The notes beneath the pieces are model-generated. The model did not search any database and was not told the DNA's origin. It worked only from the letters and a program-made list of their open reading frames with translations. From positions 1,984,001 through 2,048,000 of the forward strand of contig OX337239.1 of NCBI GenBank assembly GCA_946965045.2: DNA of 64,000 bases, read 5' to 3'. Of the stretch, positions 23,323 to 35,600 are shown piece after piece (position 1 is the first letter of the stretch; the number at the start of each line of letters is the position of its first letter). The stretch comes from Epithemia pelagica. Taxonomy: Eukaryota > Protista > Bacillariophyta. The translations under genes and the position numbers were made by a program.

Positions 23323-23936
23323 AGGGCTGGGGATACCGATCCATGTACATCTAAGTAGGCTCAGTACATTAACCTACGTAGTACTATTTTCGTCTGTGTA
23401 AGAAGTGGGGCGGATGGTCACACCGAGTCGCACGTCGTAAACTTGCCACCGATAGAAAAGGTGCAATCCGGAAGCCACCATTCGACAATGATGGTAGTCA
23501 TCACCCCCATGGCAATAACTTCCTGAACAATTGAGCCTGCCTGAATCACTTTTACAATAAGAATCTTTACTACTAGAGCAACTTTGCTTTCACTTTGATT
23601 CAGGCACCCTTGAAAAATGAATGAGTTAGGGCGGTCGTTCGATTTCATCACTGCAGAAAAATGAGCGTACCTTTTCAGCCAACTTGGCAAATCTTCTGTA
23701 ATTTCAGACAACAATTTCAAAGGTAAAGGCAACGGTCTTACGGTGGTTGGATGTTTATGCGATGCATGGGTGAATGCATACGGCGTCACCGGATCTCGCC
23801 ATCATTGTCGAGCGTTTTTGCATTTTTTTGAAATCCGACCATTTCCGGCGTGACGTGTACTATGTGATTTTATGTACTCTACGTAGCTTTTGTACTGAGC
23901 CTACTTAGATGTACATGGATCGGTATCCCCAGCCCT
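23323..23936. mobile_element. Non-autonomous MITE, 614 bp, perfect 46-bp TIRs, TA target duplication
   Basis: 23323-23368 is the exact reverse complement of 23891-23936; TA at 23321-22 and 23937-38. Confidence 0.9.
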
Positions 23937-25422
23937 TAGGAGCATCGTCGACAATCATATCTTCTGTCCTCTCGACAATCAAAAGTTTTCGTGGACGATT
24001 CTCTTGCTTTCGTGTGCAGTTGTAGCCTGCGCGACCTTGCTAGTGCTCTTGATTTTGATGGCGTGATCAAGCAACGATCTGACAGCGTTGACATCTCCCT
24101 TCCCTGTACTCCATTACGCAATGACCGTAGAGCACACAAATAAATGACAGACAAGCAGGATCTACAGACTTTCAATGGACAACGTCGTACCACACTGCAG
24201 TTGGGATTGTATAGATGTGAGAATTCATGCCATCCTAACGAACGAGTACACAAGTTGACAATGGGATAAGTGATAACGTGCAATTTCCTGAAATTGCAGA
24301 CTTCTCTCTCTCTCTTATGTTGAGTCTGGATTTGAATAGAAACGAGTCGTTTCGTTTCTCACCGGGTCCGATGAAACTTTCCAATGGAATCAGCAATAGA
24401 AAAAGCGGCTGATCAGGTTGGCAAGATACAAGCAGAGACAACCGAGATCACCACAGCAGAATCAAAGTGTCTTCCGTATCCTGTCCTCCGACTCCGACCT
24501 TCGATCGAATCAAGGACCGGCAAGACGCAAGACTTGCATAAGTACTGTCGGTTGGAGATCTTCCGCTCTGCAGTTTCATTTTCCAAATGGAGGAGATACG
24601 TGAGAAGATGTCATGCGCACAGCAATAATTGACGTCGTCCAAGAGCCAAGAGGCGGAGACCAAAAGATTCGCGAGCTTCTTTCCGTGGAACGAAAATATT
24701 TGTGAGCAATAGACTCCGCGAGTGTGCCGTGCGCACCAATCCCCCAATTTTACTTAATATCTCGTCATCACAGTATCTCGCCAGGCGTGGTAATGGATGG
24801 GTTGGCGCGATGGGGGATATTCTTGTCCGAAAGTGTGACGAACTGGAGGCCCCCAGGCGAGCCGACAAATTTTGTCGCCGGACGCGTCCAGTCTTTGGAC
24901 AAGACTCTTTCTCTCTAACGCGGTTCGGCGTGCGACAAGGGTGACCCCGTGAGAAGCCGGGACTGACAGCTCGCTCACGACATAGCCGAATACAAACTGC
25001 GTGAAAGACGCCTGCGCAGCAAACCTGCTGGGGCGACGAAGAGAAACAACGAGAATCGAGCGAGAAGCGATCTCTTCTTCGGTGTGTCAAGCGAGAGGCC
25101 GCAAAGAAGAAAATCAACGTTTGAACTTGATTGCAACAACAACAACATATTCGCTACAATTAAAACCCAACCAAACCCCCCTCTCTTGAATCATCATCAC
25201 CTCTTCGGTTGACCGATTTGGATTGACACCAGCAAACAAGCGTGTTTTCTCTCCAAGACGCCATCTCAGGTTTCACGATTGAACGAATTAAGCCCGTCTT
25301 TCCGAACAACCGTAACTGTTAGGGTCAACGACCGGATAGCACAAAACATACTCACACGTTTGTCAACGAACAAGGTTTGAGAACCATACTACAATTCCAA
25401 CAACGACAAGACACGACTGACA

Positions 25423-27948
25423 ATGGCGTTGCCTTTGAGAGCAACTGTACCCACTCCTCCTTGCGTAGCGGGGCATCCACTCCAACAGGAATTGGACACC
25501 ATGGATAGCAGCAGCAGCAGCGATTCGGAGAATGAACACAACGAACCTCAGGATGCAATGAATGTTCAGACCATGACAGAAGGCTTGCTCTTGTTGAAAG
25601 AGTTTGCTTCCTTAGATTCTCTCACGTACCAATCCAGTTTTTCCTTTCCAAAAGCATCGGCCATGACCCTTGAAGAACAAAAGTGCCGAACGTCTATGCA
25701 ACGCCTCGAGCAACTTCAACAGCAAAACAGCTTTCAAAACACTCCCTTACCCGCCTTATGGTTGGCTCTCCATCGACTCCATTCCAACTTGGCTATTTTG
25801 CAAGAAAACGAAGCCAAGCACGCGGCCGAAGTTATGGACTTGAGAGAAGAATTAAAAACGTCCATGCGTGAGAATCACAAACTTCGAAAAGCTTGCCGTG
25901 CCCTCACGGAACAAAATCGAATTGTCAACCAAAAGTTGGTGGAGAAACGAAGCCTGTTGAAGCAAGCGCGAGATCTGTTCCGAAGTTCGCAAGAAATTCA
26001 AAAGGATTTACAAGAGCAAAATGCAGTGTTCAAGTTGCAAGCTCATGAGCAAGTGCTCACTCTTTCTGGTCGGATTCGTCTCGAATCGTCCGACTCGAAC
26101 TTTTCCGACGCCGATGCACTCTTATTTCCGGACAATTCCGAAAAACTTCATGGGGGCAAGGGTGGATATCCTTCCGAACTTTCTCCTCTCCCAGCCGAGG
26201 GCGAGGAAGACCTGATATCTTTGCATTCATCCAGTAGCAGTATCACTGAAGATGGTGTTCCAGTTTTGAAACTGGTGGCCCATGATGACATGATGTCTTC
26301 GTCAGCCACTGCCAATTCCTCGCACTATAGCGACATGTCGGAGGGATCGGATGATCCTGCGTTTGCTTCGCACAGCTCGTGTCATTTACCGGGGGGTCCA
26401 TTGAAACATCCCGCATCTCCTTGCATGCCCGATGTGTACAAGCTGAAGTATCCCTACGGACAAAAGACTGGTTTACGATTTCAATGTATACCCCTCCATG
26501 AAATCCCTCTTCCACCCAAGGGGTTGCTGACTCAAGACTTTCTCAAAGACGAGGAGGGAAATGGACGAGAAGAATCCAAATGGGAACCCTTCCGCATTGG
26601 CTCGTCAAATCGGAAAACATCACCAAAGGAAGCCGATACCCCAAAAGTAAAGGGGCGCGCATTCATCGTAGCGGGGTATGATGGAGTCCCAGAACATGCG
26701 GAACAACTTCCCCGACCAACTTTGGGAGCTCGTGTCATTGAGATTCACGGGCAAGCCGTTGATCCAGAATGGTCGATGCGCAAGTTTATGGATGTGCTCC
26801 AGGAATCGTCGGGCTTGAATACCGACGAGAACGCAAGTACAGTCGATCATCAGGACACCAGTATGGAGAATAGCCACAAGGTTGATGAGGAAGTAGAAGA
26901 AGGCAAGACCGACGATACGGAAACCGACAAGCCCAAGGAAATAGTCACTGACGATGAGTCGTCTGTTGTTTCATCGATTGGAGATAAGAAACGGTTCTTT
27001 TTTATGTGTTTTCGGAATGACTCTCTCTCCAAACGACAGCGAGAACGTTTGGCGTCTGTAGACAAGGACGCGGAAAAGGCGTCTGCTAACCAGAAGAAGG
27101 AAAACACTCTTGGTGATGTACCAGAGTTACCATCAGATGCAGCATCCAAACGAGAAAGTAAACCGTTTGGACTGGGATTCCTTCGTCTTGGTGGTGACAA
27201 GGCAAGTCACCATGAGAAGAAGGAAGAATCGAAAAGTGATGAACCGAAAGAATCCAGTGCAGGAGAGAAAAAGGCCGGAGAGAAAAAGGAAGACCGGTTG
27301 GGATTCCTTCGTCTTGGAGGTAATCACGACAAGGACGTAAAGCACAAAGATGACCATTCTCCGGGCACCAAGAAGGATGGCCTAAGTTTTCTTCGGCTTG
27401 GTGGTGGTGGTGACAAGACGCATGGAACCGATGGCAAGAAAGAACAAGTGGATGAGGATACAGTGAAGGACGCCCCAACAAACGGAAAGAAGGAGGACAG
27501 CAATGATGAGACAAGGCAAAAAGAAACAAGCAAGAAGGATGGGCTCAGCTTCCTCCGACTTGGCGGTGGCGAAAAAGCCAAAAATGGTCAAGACAAGACA
27601 GAGGGAGAAAGCTTTGAAAGCACGAAGGAAGAAGCGTCGGATAAGAAGAAGGAAGAAAGTAAGGATGACAATAGGAAAAAGGATACCAAATCTAGTATCA
27701 AGAAGGATGGTCTGGGTTTCCTTCGACTCGGTGGAGGTGGCGAAAAGGCTAAGAATGGTCACGACAAGACGGAGGGGCAAACCTCTGAAAGCGCAGAGGA
27801 AGAAGCATCCGATAAGAAGGAAACGCCGACCAGCAAAGGCCGGAACCCCCTCTTCTTCTGGGATCGAAGCGGTGGCGACAAAACCCCCAAACAGAAGGAT
27901 CCACCAAAGGAGAATGACACTTTGGATGAAACCACCAGTACGCAATAA
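25423..27948 (+). CDS. 841-aa protein: N-terminal coiled coil, possible degenerate PDZ-like segment, K/E/D-rich tail with five GLxFLRLGG-type repeats
   Basis: Long intact ORF; heptad-rich aa about 85-215; PTLGARVIEIHGQAV resembles a PDZ strand; repeats at about 27170-27745. Confidence 0.75.
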   Translation: MALPLRATVPTPPCVAGHPLQQELDTMDSSSSSDSENEHNEPQDAMNVQTMTEGLLLLKEFASLDSLTYQSSFSFPKASAMTLEEQKCRTSMQRLEQLQQQNSFQNTPLPALWLALHRLHSNLAILQENEAKHAAEVMDLREELKTSMRENHKLRKACRALTEQNRIVNQKLVEKRSLLKQARDLFRSSQEIQKDLQEQNAVFKLQAHEQVLTLSGRIRLESSDSNFSDADALLFPDNSEKLHGGKGGYPSELSPLPAEGEEDLISLHSSSSSITEDGVPVLKLVAHDDMMSSSATANSSHYSDMSEGSDDPAFASHSSCHLPGGPLKHPASPCMPDVYKLKYPYGQKTGLRFQCIPLHEIPLPPKGLLTQDFLKDEEGNGREESKWEPFRIGSSNRKTSPKEADTPKVKGRAFIVAGYDGVPEHAEQLPRPTLGARVIEIHGQAVDPEWSMRKFMDVLQESSGLNTDENASTVDHQDTSMENSHKVDEEVEEGKTDDTETDKPKEIVTDDESSVVSSIGDKKRFFFMCFRNDSLSKRQRERLASVDKDAEKASANQKKENTLGDVPELPSDAASKRESKPFGLGFLRLGGDKASHHEKKEESKSDEPKESSAGEKKAGEKKEDRLGFLRLGGNHDKDVKHKDDHSPGTKKDGLSFLRLGGGGDKTHGTDGKKEQVDEDTVKDAPTNGKKEDSNDETRQKETSKKDGLSFLRLGGGEKAKNGQDKTEGESFESTKEEASDKKKEESKDDNRKKDTKSSIKKDGLGFLRLGGGGEKAKNGHDKTEGQTSESAEEEASDKKETPTSKGRNPLFFWDRSGGDKTPKQKDPPKENDTLDETTSTQ

Positions 27949-28495
27949 CGACAACGACTATCAATGAATCGGTGTTGACAAGAGAGCATACAAGGTAGCA
28001 TATACCATGTCGAACCGCAAAAAGTTTTGCGGGGTTCATTTCAGCAGCCGCTGGGCAGGACAAGTCTTGTCCTCTCAAGCTGTTTTTGAAATGAAACGGA
28101 TGTAAAGATAATACACTAAATTAGATACAAATGATCTTGTCGACAGATGACTAACGAAAAGCACTAGTAGATTCCCATTAGTCCTACTTGCGCTTTCCTT
28201 AATGGCAAGTTTCGAAACGCATCTTAAGAACCATGATGAATAGGACTGTTGCTCCAGCCCATAGCTATTCTCCTCTGATGTGAACTCCAATCGCTTTTCC
28301 GTATTTACCAGTGACGTTCTTGATATCAACTCAGTCGTATGAACATGGTCGATAGCCACATGTGAAAACGGAAGAACGCATGGATTTGGAGTTTTGTTTT
28401 CAGCGGCATAGGGAGCCGCGGACAGAAAGGACTGGGAAAAGCCCCTCTCGTGTAACTCATCCTGTTCCTTACGGAGACTTGGATGCTTTCGTGGA

Positions 28496-30550
28496 TCAAA
28501 TATAATCGCACTCCACGGGGAGAGTCGACGACGACGACATGGGAGAGGACCCCTCTGAGTTTGTGGGGTAGTGTTTGGCAGATTTGGTTGCGGTGACCTT
28601 GGCAGGCATGAGTACAAGTGTAGGAACTAGATAACGAACCAAATGAAAGATACAATCCAAGCCCGATGAGTGTCTTGCCGCTGCAGTCGTGGCATTGGGA
28701 AACAGCAAGGCCTGAACCAGTGCGTTCGTCGTCGCTTCCATGGTATACAAACTACTGTCCTTGTCCCTGTTTGGATGCTCTTGACATTTGTTTTGAAGGA
28801 AAGCAATCGTTTGGTAGAGATTCCAAACGTCTTGAGCCACTTGCCATTCCGCTGCGGAACCACTCGAACGGAGCAAACCAGTGGCATTCTGTTCCGCTCG
28901 AGAATTGGAGTCCTGTTGGCCCAGCTCGTAGGGCCCAACAAGTGGCAACGCCAAGTGTCGACCAGGAGGGCACCGACCACCACAACTGGATGGGGGAGAG
29001 CTTGGTTGATGCATTATTCCATACTTGCCAGGAGGTTGTTGATACCAACAATCCAACAAACACGTCAAGGAGGGATACATGCCATGTCGTAATTGGGCAT
29101 GGACTTGATTTAAGGGATTGGAATTCCTCTGGTTCATTGCTGCTGATCGAACGGTCGTAGGAGGATCATCCAAGGACATTCTCAGAGCACTGGCAGGCAC
29201 CCTCAAGGATAAGTGCTTGTAGACACTGGGTGTCATGGCGAAATTCATGACACGCAAGCCATGTGGACCAGCACGACATGAAGAAGAAGAGGAAGATTTT
29301 GTCTGCAATGAATGGTCATTGGTATTGTTTGCCACATGAGGCAAGGTGACAAACAAGTGAGACCACAAGGATTGGTATTCTCTGTGCGTCAAAGAGGGAC
29401 AGACCAAGGTCAAGGTTTCGAGGCGACATGTCACGAGTCCTTCTCCATGGACCACGGAACTGGAGCTGTTGTTTTTTGTGGAAGAAAAGAAGAAAAACTG
29501 TTGCCAGGTAGACGGGTGATCAAAGTTGACAAAGGACAAGTGCAATTCTCGCAAACGAGAAAAACAAATTGTTCGTTGCGGTTTGGGAATTCTTGCATGG
29601 GTGATGCAAGTGTCGGTCACAATGTCAATCATGTGCAGGGAAAGTTCCTCCAGTTGAGTTTGATAGCGAGTCGCAAAGGCCGTCCATACGTCCAGATCCA
29701 ATTGTCCAGGATGGTAGGAATTCAAATGAATCTTGAGTATTTGCAAGGGCAGTCCCACACGTGTCTCGGCCAAACATTGAAACAAGTACGAAACGTTCAC
29801 GATCGAATCGACCTGTGGTAGTGGGGCAGCCAGGCCGTACAAGTCTGGATTCTGCTGTTGCTGTGGTTGTGGATTGCTGCGGTCGTTGGGACCATGGCGG
29901 CTGTGGGAAGGAGGACCAAAAGGAGGAGGGTTGTAGACATTGGAGGCATCGCGCAATTCCAATCGTTTCAAACACGGCAACGACTGACTGACGGTCCGAC
30001 AAAAGGTTTGCCACTCTGGATCTGCCTTGACACAGGAACGACTAATGGACAAGGTGTGCAATTGGGGAAACAACTGGGACAGAAGCAACTGGGCCGTGAT
30101 GGAATCTGTTCCACATGCATGGGGCGATCGCAAGGGCCGACAGGTCCACAATTCGGTCGACACAATGTACAATTGTTGCAAGGCATGACCAAACAAGCAC
30201 GAGTCGGGCGGTCGTCCCTCATGACAAGAGGTGCCTGTCGTTGTGGTTGTTGTGTTCTCTGATGCATCGTCTTGTTGTTCTTGTGGTTTCTGCCTTTGCA
30301 GCAAGAGAGGAAGTAGTTTGTCTCGAATATCTTGATGTGTCCATCCAATCAAGAACAATTCCGACATGGTGGCACCGTAGCGGACAAATTTTTGCCATTG
30401 GCCTGGAGCGGCAGTGGGCCGTAACATCCAAGAGGAATGGTCCAATGGCCGTTGCGACGCATGCGATTCATGGGAACCACTACTGCCGCTGCTCAAAGCA
30501 TTGGCTCCTGGATCCGATGGTGCAGTATGATGTATTGCGTTGGCCGCCAT
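28496..30550 (-). CDS. 684-aa leucine-rich-repeat-like protein
   Basis: Spaced LxxLxL segments (LHTLSI, LKRLEL, LQILKI, LEELSL, LRELHL, LETLTL) with low-complexity inserts. Confidence 0.65.
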   Translation of the reverse strand: MAANAIHHTAPSDPGANALSSGSSGSHESHASQRPLDHSSWMLRPTAAPGQWQKFVRYGATMSELFLIGWTHQDIRDKLLPLLLQRQKPQEQQDDASENTTTTTTGTSCHEGRPPDSCLFGHALQQLYIVSTELWTCRPLRSPHACGTDSITAQLLLSQLFPQLHTLSISRSCVKADPEWQTFCRTVSQSLPCLKRLELRDASNVYNPPPFGPPSHSRHGPNDRSNPQPQQQQNPDLYGLAAPLPQVDSIVNVSYLFQCLAETRVGLPLQILKIHLNSYHPGQLDLDVWTAFATRYQTQLEELSLHMIDIVTDTCITHARIPKPQRTICFSRLRELHLSFVNFDHPSTWQQFFFFSSTKNNSSSSVVHGEGLVTCRLETLTLVCPSLTHREYQSLWSHLFVTLPHVANNTNDHSLQTKSSSSSSCRAGPHGLRVMNFAMTPSVYKHLSLRVPASALRMSLDDPPTTVRSAAMNQRNSNPLNQVHAQLRHGMYPSLTCLLDCWYQQPPGKYGIMHQPSSPPSSCGGRCPPGRHLALPLVGPYELGQQDSNSRAEQNATGLLRSSGSAAEWQVAQDVWNLYQTIAFLQNKCQEHPNRDKDSSLYTMEATTNALVQALLFPNATTAAARHSSGLDCIFHLVRYLVPTLVLMPAKVTATKSAKHYPTNSEGSSPMSSSSTLPVECDYI

Positions 30551-31035
30551 GGTCCAAATCTCATGTAATTCGGGATCTTGGGCTCAAAGGTTATCTGTTC
30601 TTCTCTTCGTTGTTGCTTGCCAATTGCCAATCGAAAGGAGGTCCAAGTCAAAGAGCGAACCGAGGTTTGTGTCTTTGTTCGTCTTGGCATTTGGTCTATT
30701 GGTTGTTCCTTGTTTCATGTCGACAGCTGCTCTTCGGCAACTACTGATGTCGTCGCTCTCTCCCCGTCTGTCGTGCGAGCGCTTTTCGATCGCGCTCGGT
30801 CGCTGTAATACAGAGCCACCGGAACCATTCAACATTCAAGTTCTCTCATTTTTGTCGGCAGAACTTTTGCGTAGAACACGCGCGCGCTGTCACTGTCACT
30901 GCCACATTTTCTTTCCGGCGCCGCCACCAACCACGATTTTCCGTCGTGGGGCAGAACCAAACACATAACGAAGGAGAGAGGGATTGTGGGTATCACAGTC
31001 ACAACCAATCTAGTAGGAGTAGTGGATAAAACAGA

Positions 31036-32333
31036 ATGAACTCGTTGGTTCGTTCGTGGCTGCTTTCCGGAGCAAGCTTGATTGCCTTGACGGTGGCGGA
31101 CCATGACGGTGATGACAAGTACAAGATTGACGAGACGGAATTGACCGTCCGTTTGCCCAAGCCATTTTCGGACCATACGGCCACGTTGGTGGGCAGCACG
31201 GTGTATTTGGCGGGTGGTTGCGACGATCCGTCGGGCAATACACTCAATGCTGTATCCGGATACTTTGAATGTGGCAGCGTGAGCAAAAGCTTCTATTCGT
31301 TGGATTTGGCCTCGGTCAATGGCACGTCTTCGGACGACTTTGTCGTCTTGACCGATATGCCCCTCGCCCGCTACCGACATGCGGCCGCGGCCGCCAATGG
31401 ACAAATTTGGATCCATGGTGGCCGCACGTTGTTGGATCAAATTGTGGAAGATATTCATGTAAGAAAACGAGGGTCATGTGTGTGTGATTGTTCTGGGGCG
31501 CTGTATGGTTGCTGATTGGTTGTTTTGGCTCTGCTTGGCAGGTCTATGATATTGCCAACAATACATGGTCCATTGTGACTGGCTTGGACGACAAGTATTT
31601 GCTTTCGGATCATACAGGCTTTTCCTTTCAAGATTTTGTGTACTTTGCCGGAGGGTACGATGTCAACTACACGGCCTTTGGTACCACCTTTCGCATTGAC
31701 GCGAGTGCCGCCACTCTGGATTCCACGACTCCCACCACGGTGGAGGTGGAAGAAATGGCCACCATGGATGTCGAACGCGGTGACGTAGCCGCCGCCTCAA
31801 CCGACAATTACGCCATTGTGGGCGGTGGCTTTACTCATGCCAATGGCTTTTGCGAACCCCATGTCCATGCCGAACAGTATTCCTTTGCCGACGATACCTG
31901 GACGGAAATTGAAGGCTTGACCTACGGTGGAGCCGAACGTGTCTTGGTCTCGGTCGGAGAAAAGGTCTTTGCCATTGGCGGAGAACGTCAAATTGAAGGC
32001 TTGTGTGATTTGTCGGCCGACGAACAGCCCGAACCAGGGGAACAAACCATTGCCTTGGATTTGGTGGAACGATACGATGTCGGGGTCAATCATTGGACCA
32101 TTTTGTCCAGTTTGCCCGATCATCGCTTCCGATTCGCGGCCGTCGGCTACCAAGACATGATGTTCGCCTTTGGTGGACAACTCAAGTACGAAGATGCCTG
32201 CCGATGCTTTAAAACGATTAATGTCGTGACAGTCTACGAAGAAGTTTTTGATCAGTCGGCGGCATTCTCCTTCTGGTCTGGATCCACCATTCTTCTGGGG
32301 ACTGTCTTGGCAAGTCTCTTGGCCTGGATGTAA
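31036..32333 (+). CDS. Secreted/surface Kelch-repeat beta-propeller protein; intron 31459-31541
   Basis: Signal peptide; Kelch blades with GG...Y...W (VYLAGGC, IWIHGGR, VYFAGGY, VFAIGGE, MFAFGGQ); hydrophobic C-terminus (TM or GPI signal); GTAAG...CAG intron keeps the frame. Confidence 0.88.
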
Positions 32334-32651
32334 TTGACGTCTGGGTTGCTTTCATGACCATTGGTCCAGAAACGATGGGCCCCGTTCCGTCGTTCATTTC
32401 GTTTCTCGTGCTGTTTCCTGTCGTTGCGCTTTTACATTTTCACTTGCATATTTTCGAGTTTCTTTTCACACACACGTCTTTGTGTAAATGGGCAACACCA
32501 ACGATTGACCTTGTTCTCATTTCACATCAACGCAACACAAACATTCACATCTTAATCTCTCTCTATAGTTTTATTTCATTCTGTGTCACATTACTTTAAA
32601 TGACAACAGGTCGTGGTGGTTACATGAGGATATGCGATATGATAGTATTGT

Positions 32652-35600
32652 TTACAGGTCCCATACATCAACCACGGCATTGGACCCATTGTCCAATCCA
32701 TTCATCTCGCCCGAGGCCAGGCCTGTCGTTTTTGTGTTATTGGACATCTTGTCCATGTCGTTGTTTTCATCGTCGTTGTTGTGGTTAGTACCTTGACGCT
32801 CTGATTCATCCTCCTCGTCCGAGTCATCCCAATGACCATCCGCATTTTCCATTTGCGCAATATCTTCTTCCAAAGTGAGAGCTTTGTCGTCCCCACTGCC
32901 CTCTTGTCCGTCACCTTCTGATGTTGCCCGAATCTGTCCCAACGCATTCTTTTCCGCCCTTTCTTGTTGCTTTTCGGCACTCTTGAGCTGAGCATGTTGC
33001 CGTTCCAAAACATCCTTCAACATTTCTGCGGCAGTTGTGCCTCCACGCACACGACGCAATTGTTCCGGATCGTATCGCCCTCGAGGCACACCTGGTTTGT
33101 CCACGTTGAGCCCATAAGCATCGGCCCAGGCCAACCAGGGTCCCCAAGTCTCGGGATCGCCACGCCGCAACGTTGCATCATTACCAATGACAATTAAACC
33201 CCGACGGGCACGTGTAAAAGAAACATTGACACGCCGCCAATCCGATGTAAAGCCAATAGCTCCGTAGTCATTGCTACGAACCGCCGAAAATACAACTGCT
33301 TCCTTTTCCCGTCCTTGGAAACCGTCTACAGAAGATACTTCAATATAGGGAGGACCAGTATTTTCTTGTAATCGCCTGGTCATGCGACGAATCAATTTGG
33401 CTTGTGCAGCATACGGCGTCACCACGGCAATATCAGACACTCGACATTGACCTCCCGACATGAGCATCGCAACAGCATTGCAGGCTGCAAGTGCTTCATC
33501 TTCGTTGTATTTGCTAACGCCGTCATCCATTTCAACACCCTTTACTGGAATGAATGCAACGGGAAATTCTTCAACTGGCCAAGGGAACCCTGCCAAGGGA
33601 CGTCGTTCCGGTGCCGAAACACCATTCTTGAGAAGCCCTCCATAAAACAGATCCGACGGAAACATGGCTATACGAGGGTGCATTCGGTATTGCGTATCCA
33701 ACATGAACGGAGGAACACCACAGGCAACCATTCTCGAGAACAGCGGTACACCATGACCTTCTTCTTCTGCTCTAGTACTGAGTACAGTGGGTGGGAGCTG
33801 ACAGTGATCACCTACCAAAACCAATTGACGACAGCCTCTCATCAAAGGCACCAAAACGGCTGGTTCCGTGGCTTGAGTGGCTTCGTCCACCAAGACACGG
33901 TCAAACGTCATGCCATCCAAGATATCACCACCAGATCCAATACATGTGCAGCAAATCACTTGTGCGTTTTTGATATCGGTTCGAATCTGCTTCAATCTCT
34001 CCCGATGCCCAGCAGGTGTTGGACCTGAATTATGACCGTTTGAATGACCATCGTTGCTGTACGACGACGGAGGACGGTCGATACAATATCGCAAAAGTTC
34101 GGGACGAATCGCTGTTTTGATTAAAGCAGAAGACAACAAGTGGAAACGATGATGATGAGAACAAGCATGGTCACGCGTGCATCTGGTGAAACGTATGTTA
34201 GAATTACATACCTTCTGGTCGACCCAATCGAATGACTCGAAGTCCTACGCCGGCACATCCTTCGACCAAGTTATCAACAGCTATATTCGAATCGGATGTG
34301 GCCAAAATCGGTGGCGGTGTTTCTCCCTTGGCTGCCGCAGCGGCCGTGAGACGAGCCCAATGTTGCAAAATGCGTGTGGCAGCCAAGGTTTTGCCCGTTC
34401 CTGGTGGTCCCTGTACCAACGTCAACCTATTGGATGTCGCACCTTCCACAGCCAACATTTGAGATCCATTCAATCGATCGAGGGCCCCATACTTCTCCAA
34501 AGCCAACCGACATTCCGATCGGATGGCATCTTGGTCCATGTTCTCACTTTCATCTTCGGCATTCCAAGGAATGGCTTGAGAACACAAGGCCGCAGTCGAT
34601 GTCAACTCTCCTTTGGGAAGTTTACCTCCTTGCGATGCTCGCATGACCAAATCAATGTTTTCATCCATGGCCGTAATGGCCCGAATCAACTCTGGACTAG
34701 GACGACGTGGATCACGCATGAGAGGATCACCAATAGGGGAGGCAATTGCCACAGCCGCAGCCAATTGACGATTAAAGCCCATGCGATTGGCTAGTTTGTC
34801 AATGCGATATACGTTGCCGTCCAGTGGTTCCGTCAGCATCGCATACAAACTCGCATTGGCCTTGTCTTGCAATCGCAATACCATGGGGTTGGTATTGGTC
34901 ACAGTCGCCTCAATCATATTCCGATCCAGACTTTCCGCAGACATGGGGTACGGGCCCGCGTAGGGAAGAATCGATACGGCATCACCCGCTTGGATACCAC
35001 GATTTTCCATTGTATCGGGTACAAATACACCCAACTGATCACCAGGGTCAACCAAGAGATCAGCAGGTTTTTTGCCCCGCTTCAAATGTGCATTCACAAC
35101 ACAAAGACCTGCCCGGACCAATCGCTCACAGGGAGATGAACAAATCCGATCGCGTGCTGAAGTAGCTTCTTCCAGAAACTCCAAAGAAATACCACGAACA
35201 ATTCGGAGAAAGTACGTTCGACTGGTGGGGGAATCAAAGGCGGTAGCAATGCACAAGGCATTGATCATGTCTGCTGCGGTATACGCACTACTGTTTCGCA
35301 AGTTTTGAGGCAAACAGGATAGAATGTGTTCCGTTTGTGCCGAATCGAGAGTGCCTGGGAGTGTGCAGTGACGCAAGCAGTAGAGAGCATCCTCAAACAT
35401 TGCGGCCATGACATAGGCTTTCATCACCGTTTCCAGCACGGATCCATCCAAGGCAAAATTGTGGTTGCGTGGGTCATGCAGAATATCCCTCATGGCCTGT
35501 CCGCAAAAAAAAGGTAACAATACGTGAGCCAATATCATCAAACTAAAACCCACCCGAACTAATAAAATAAACTCACATCGGGATCACTTTGCATCACACA

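Noticed and set aside
23418-23789. 123-aa ORF inside the 614-bp MITE
   Set aside because: No transposase motifs; likely chance.
32652-35553. Calling the helicase UPF1
   Set aside because: No CH zinc-binding domain is visible, so orthology cannot be supported and no symbol is given.
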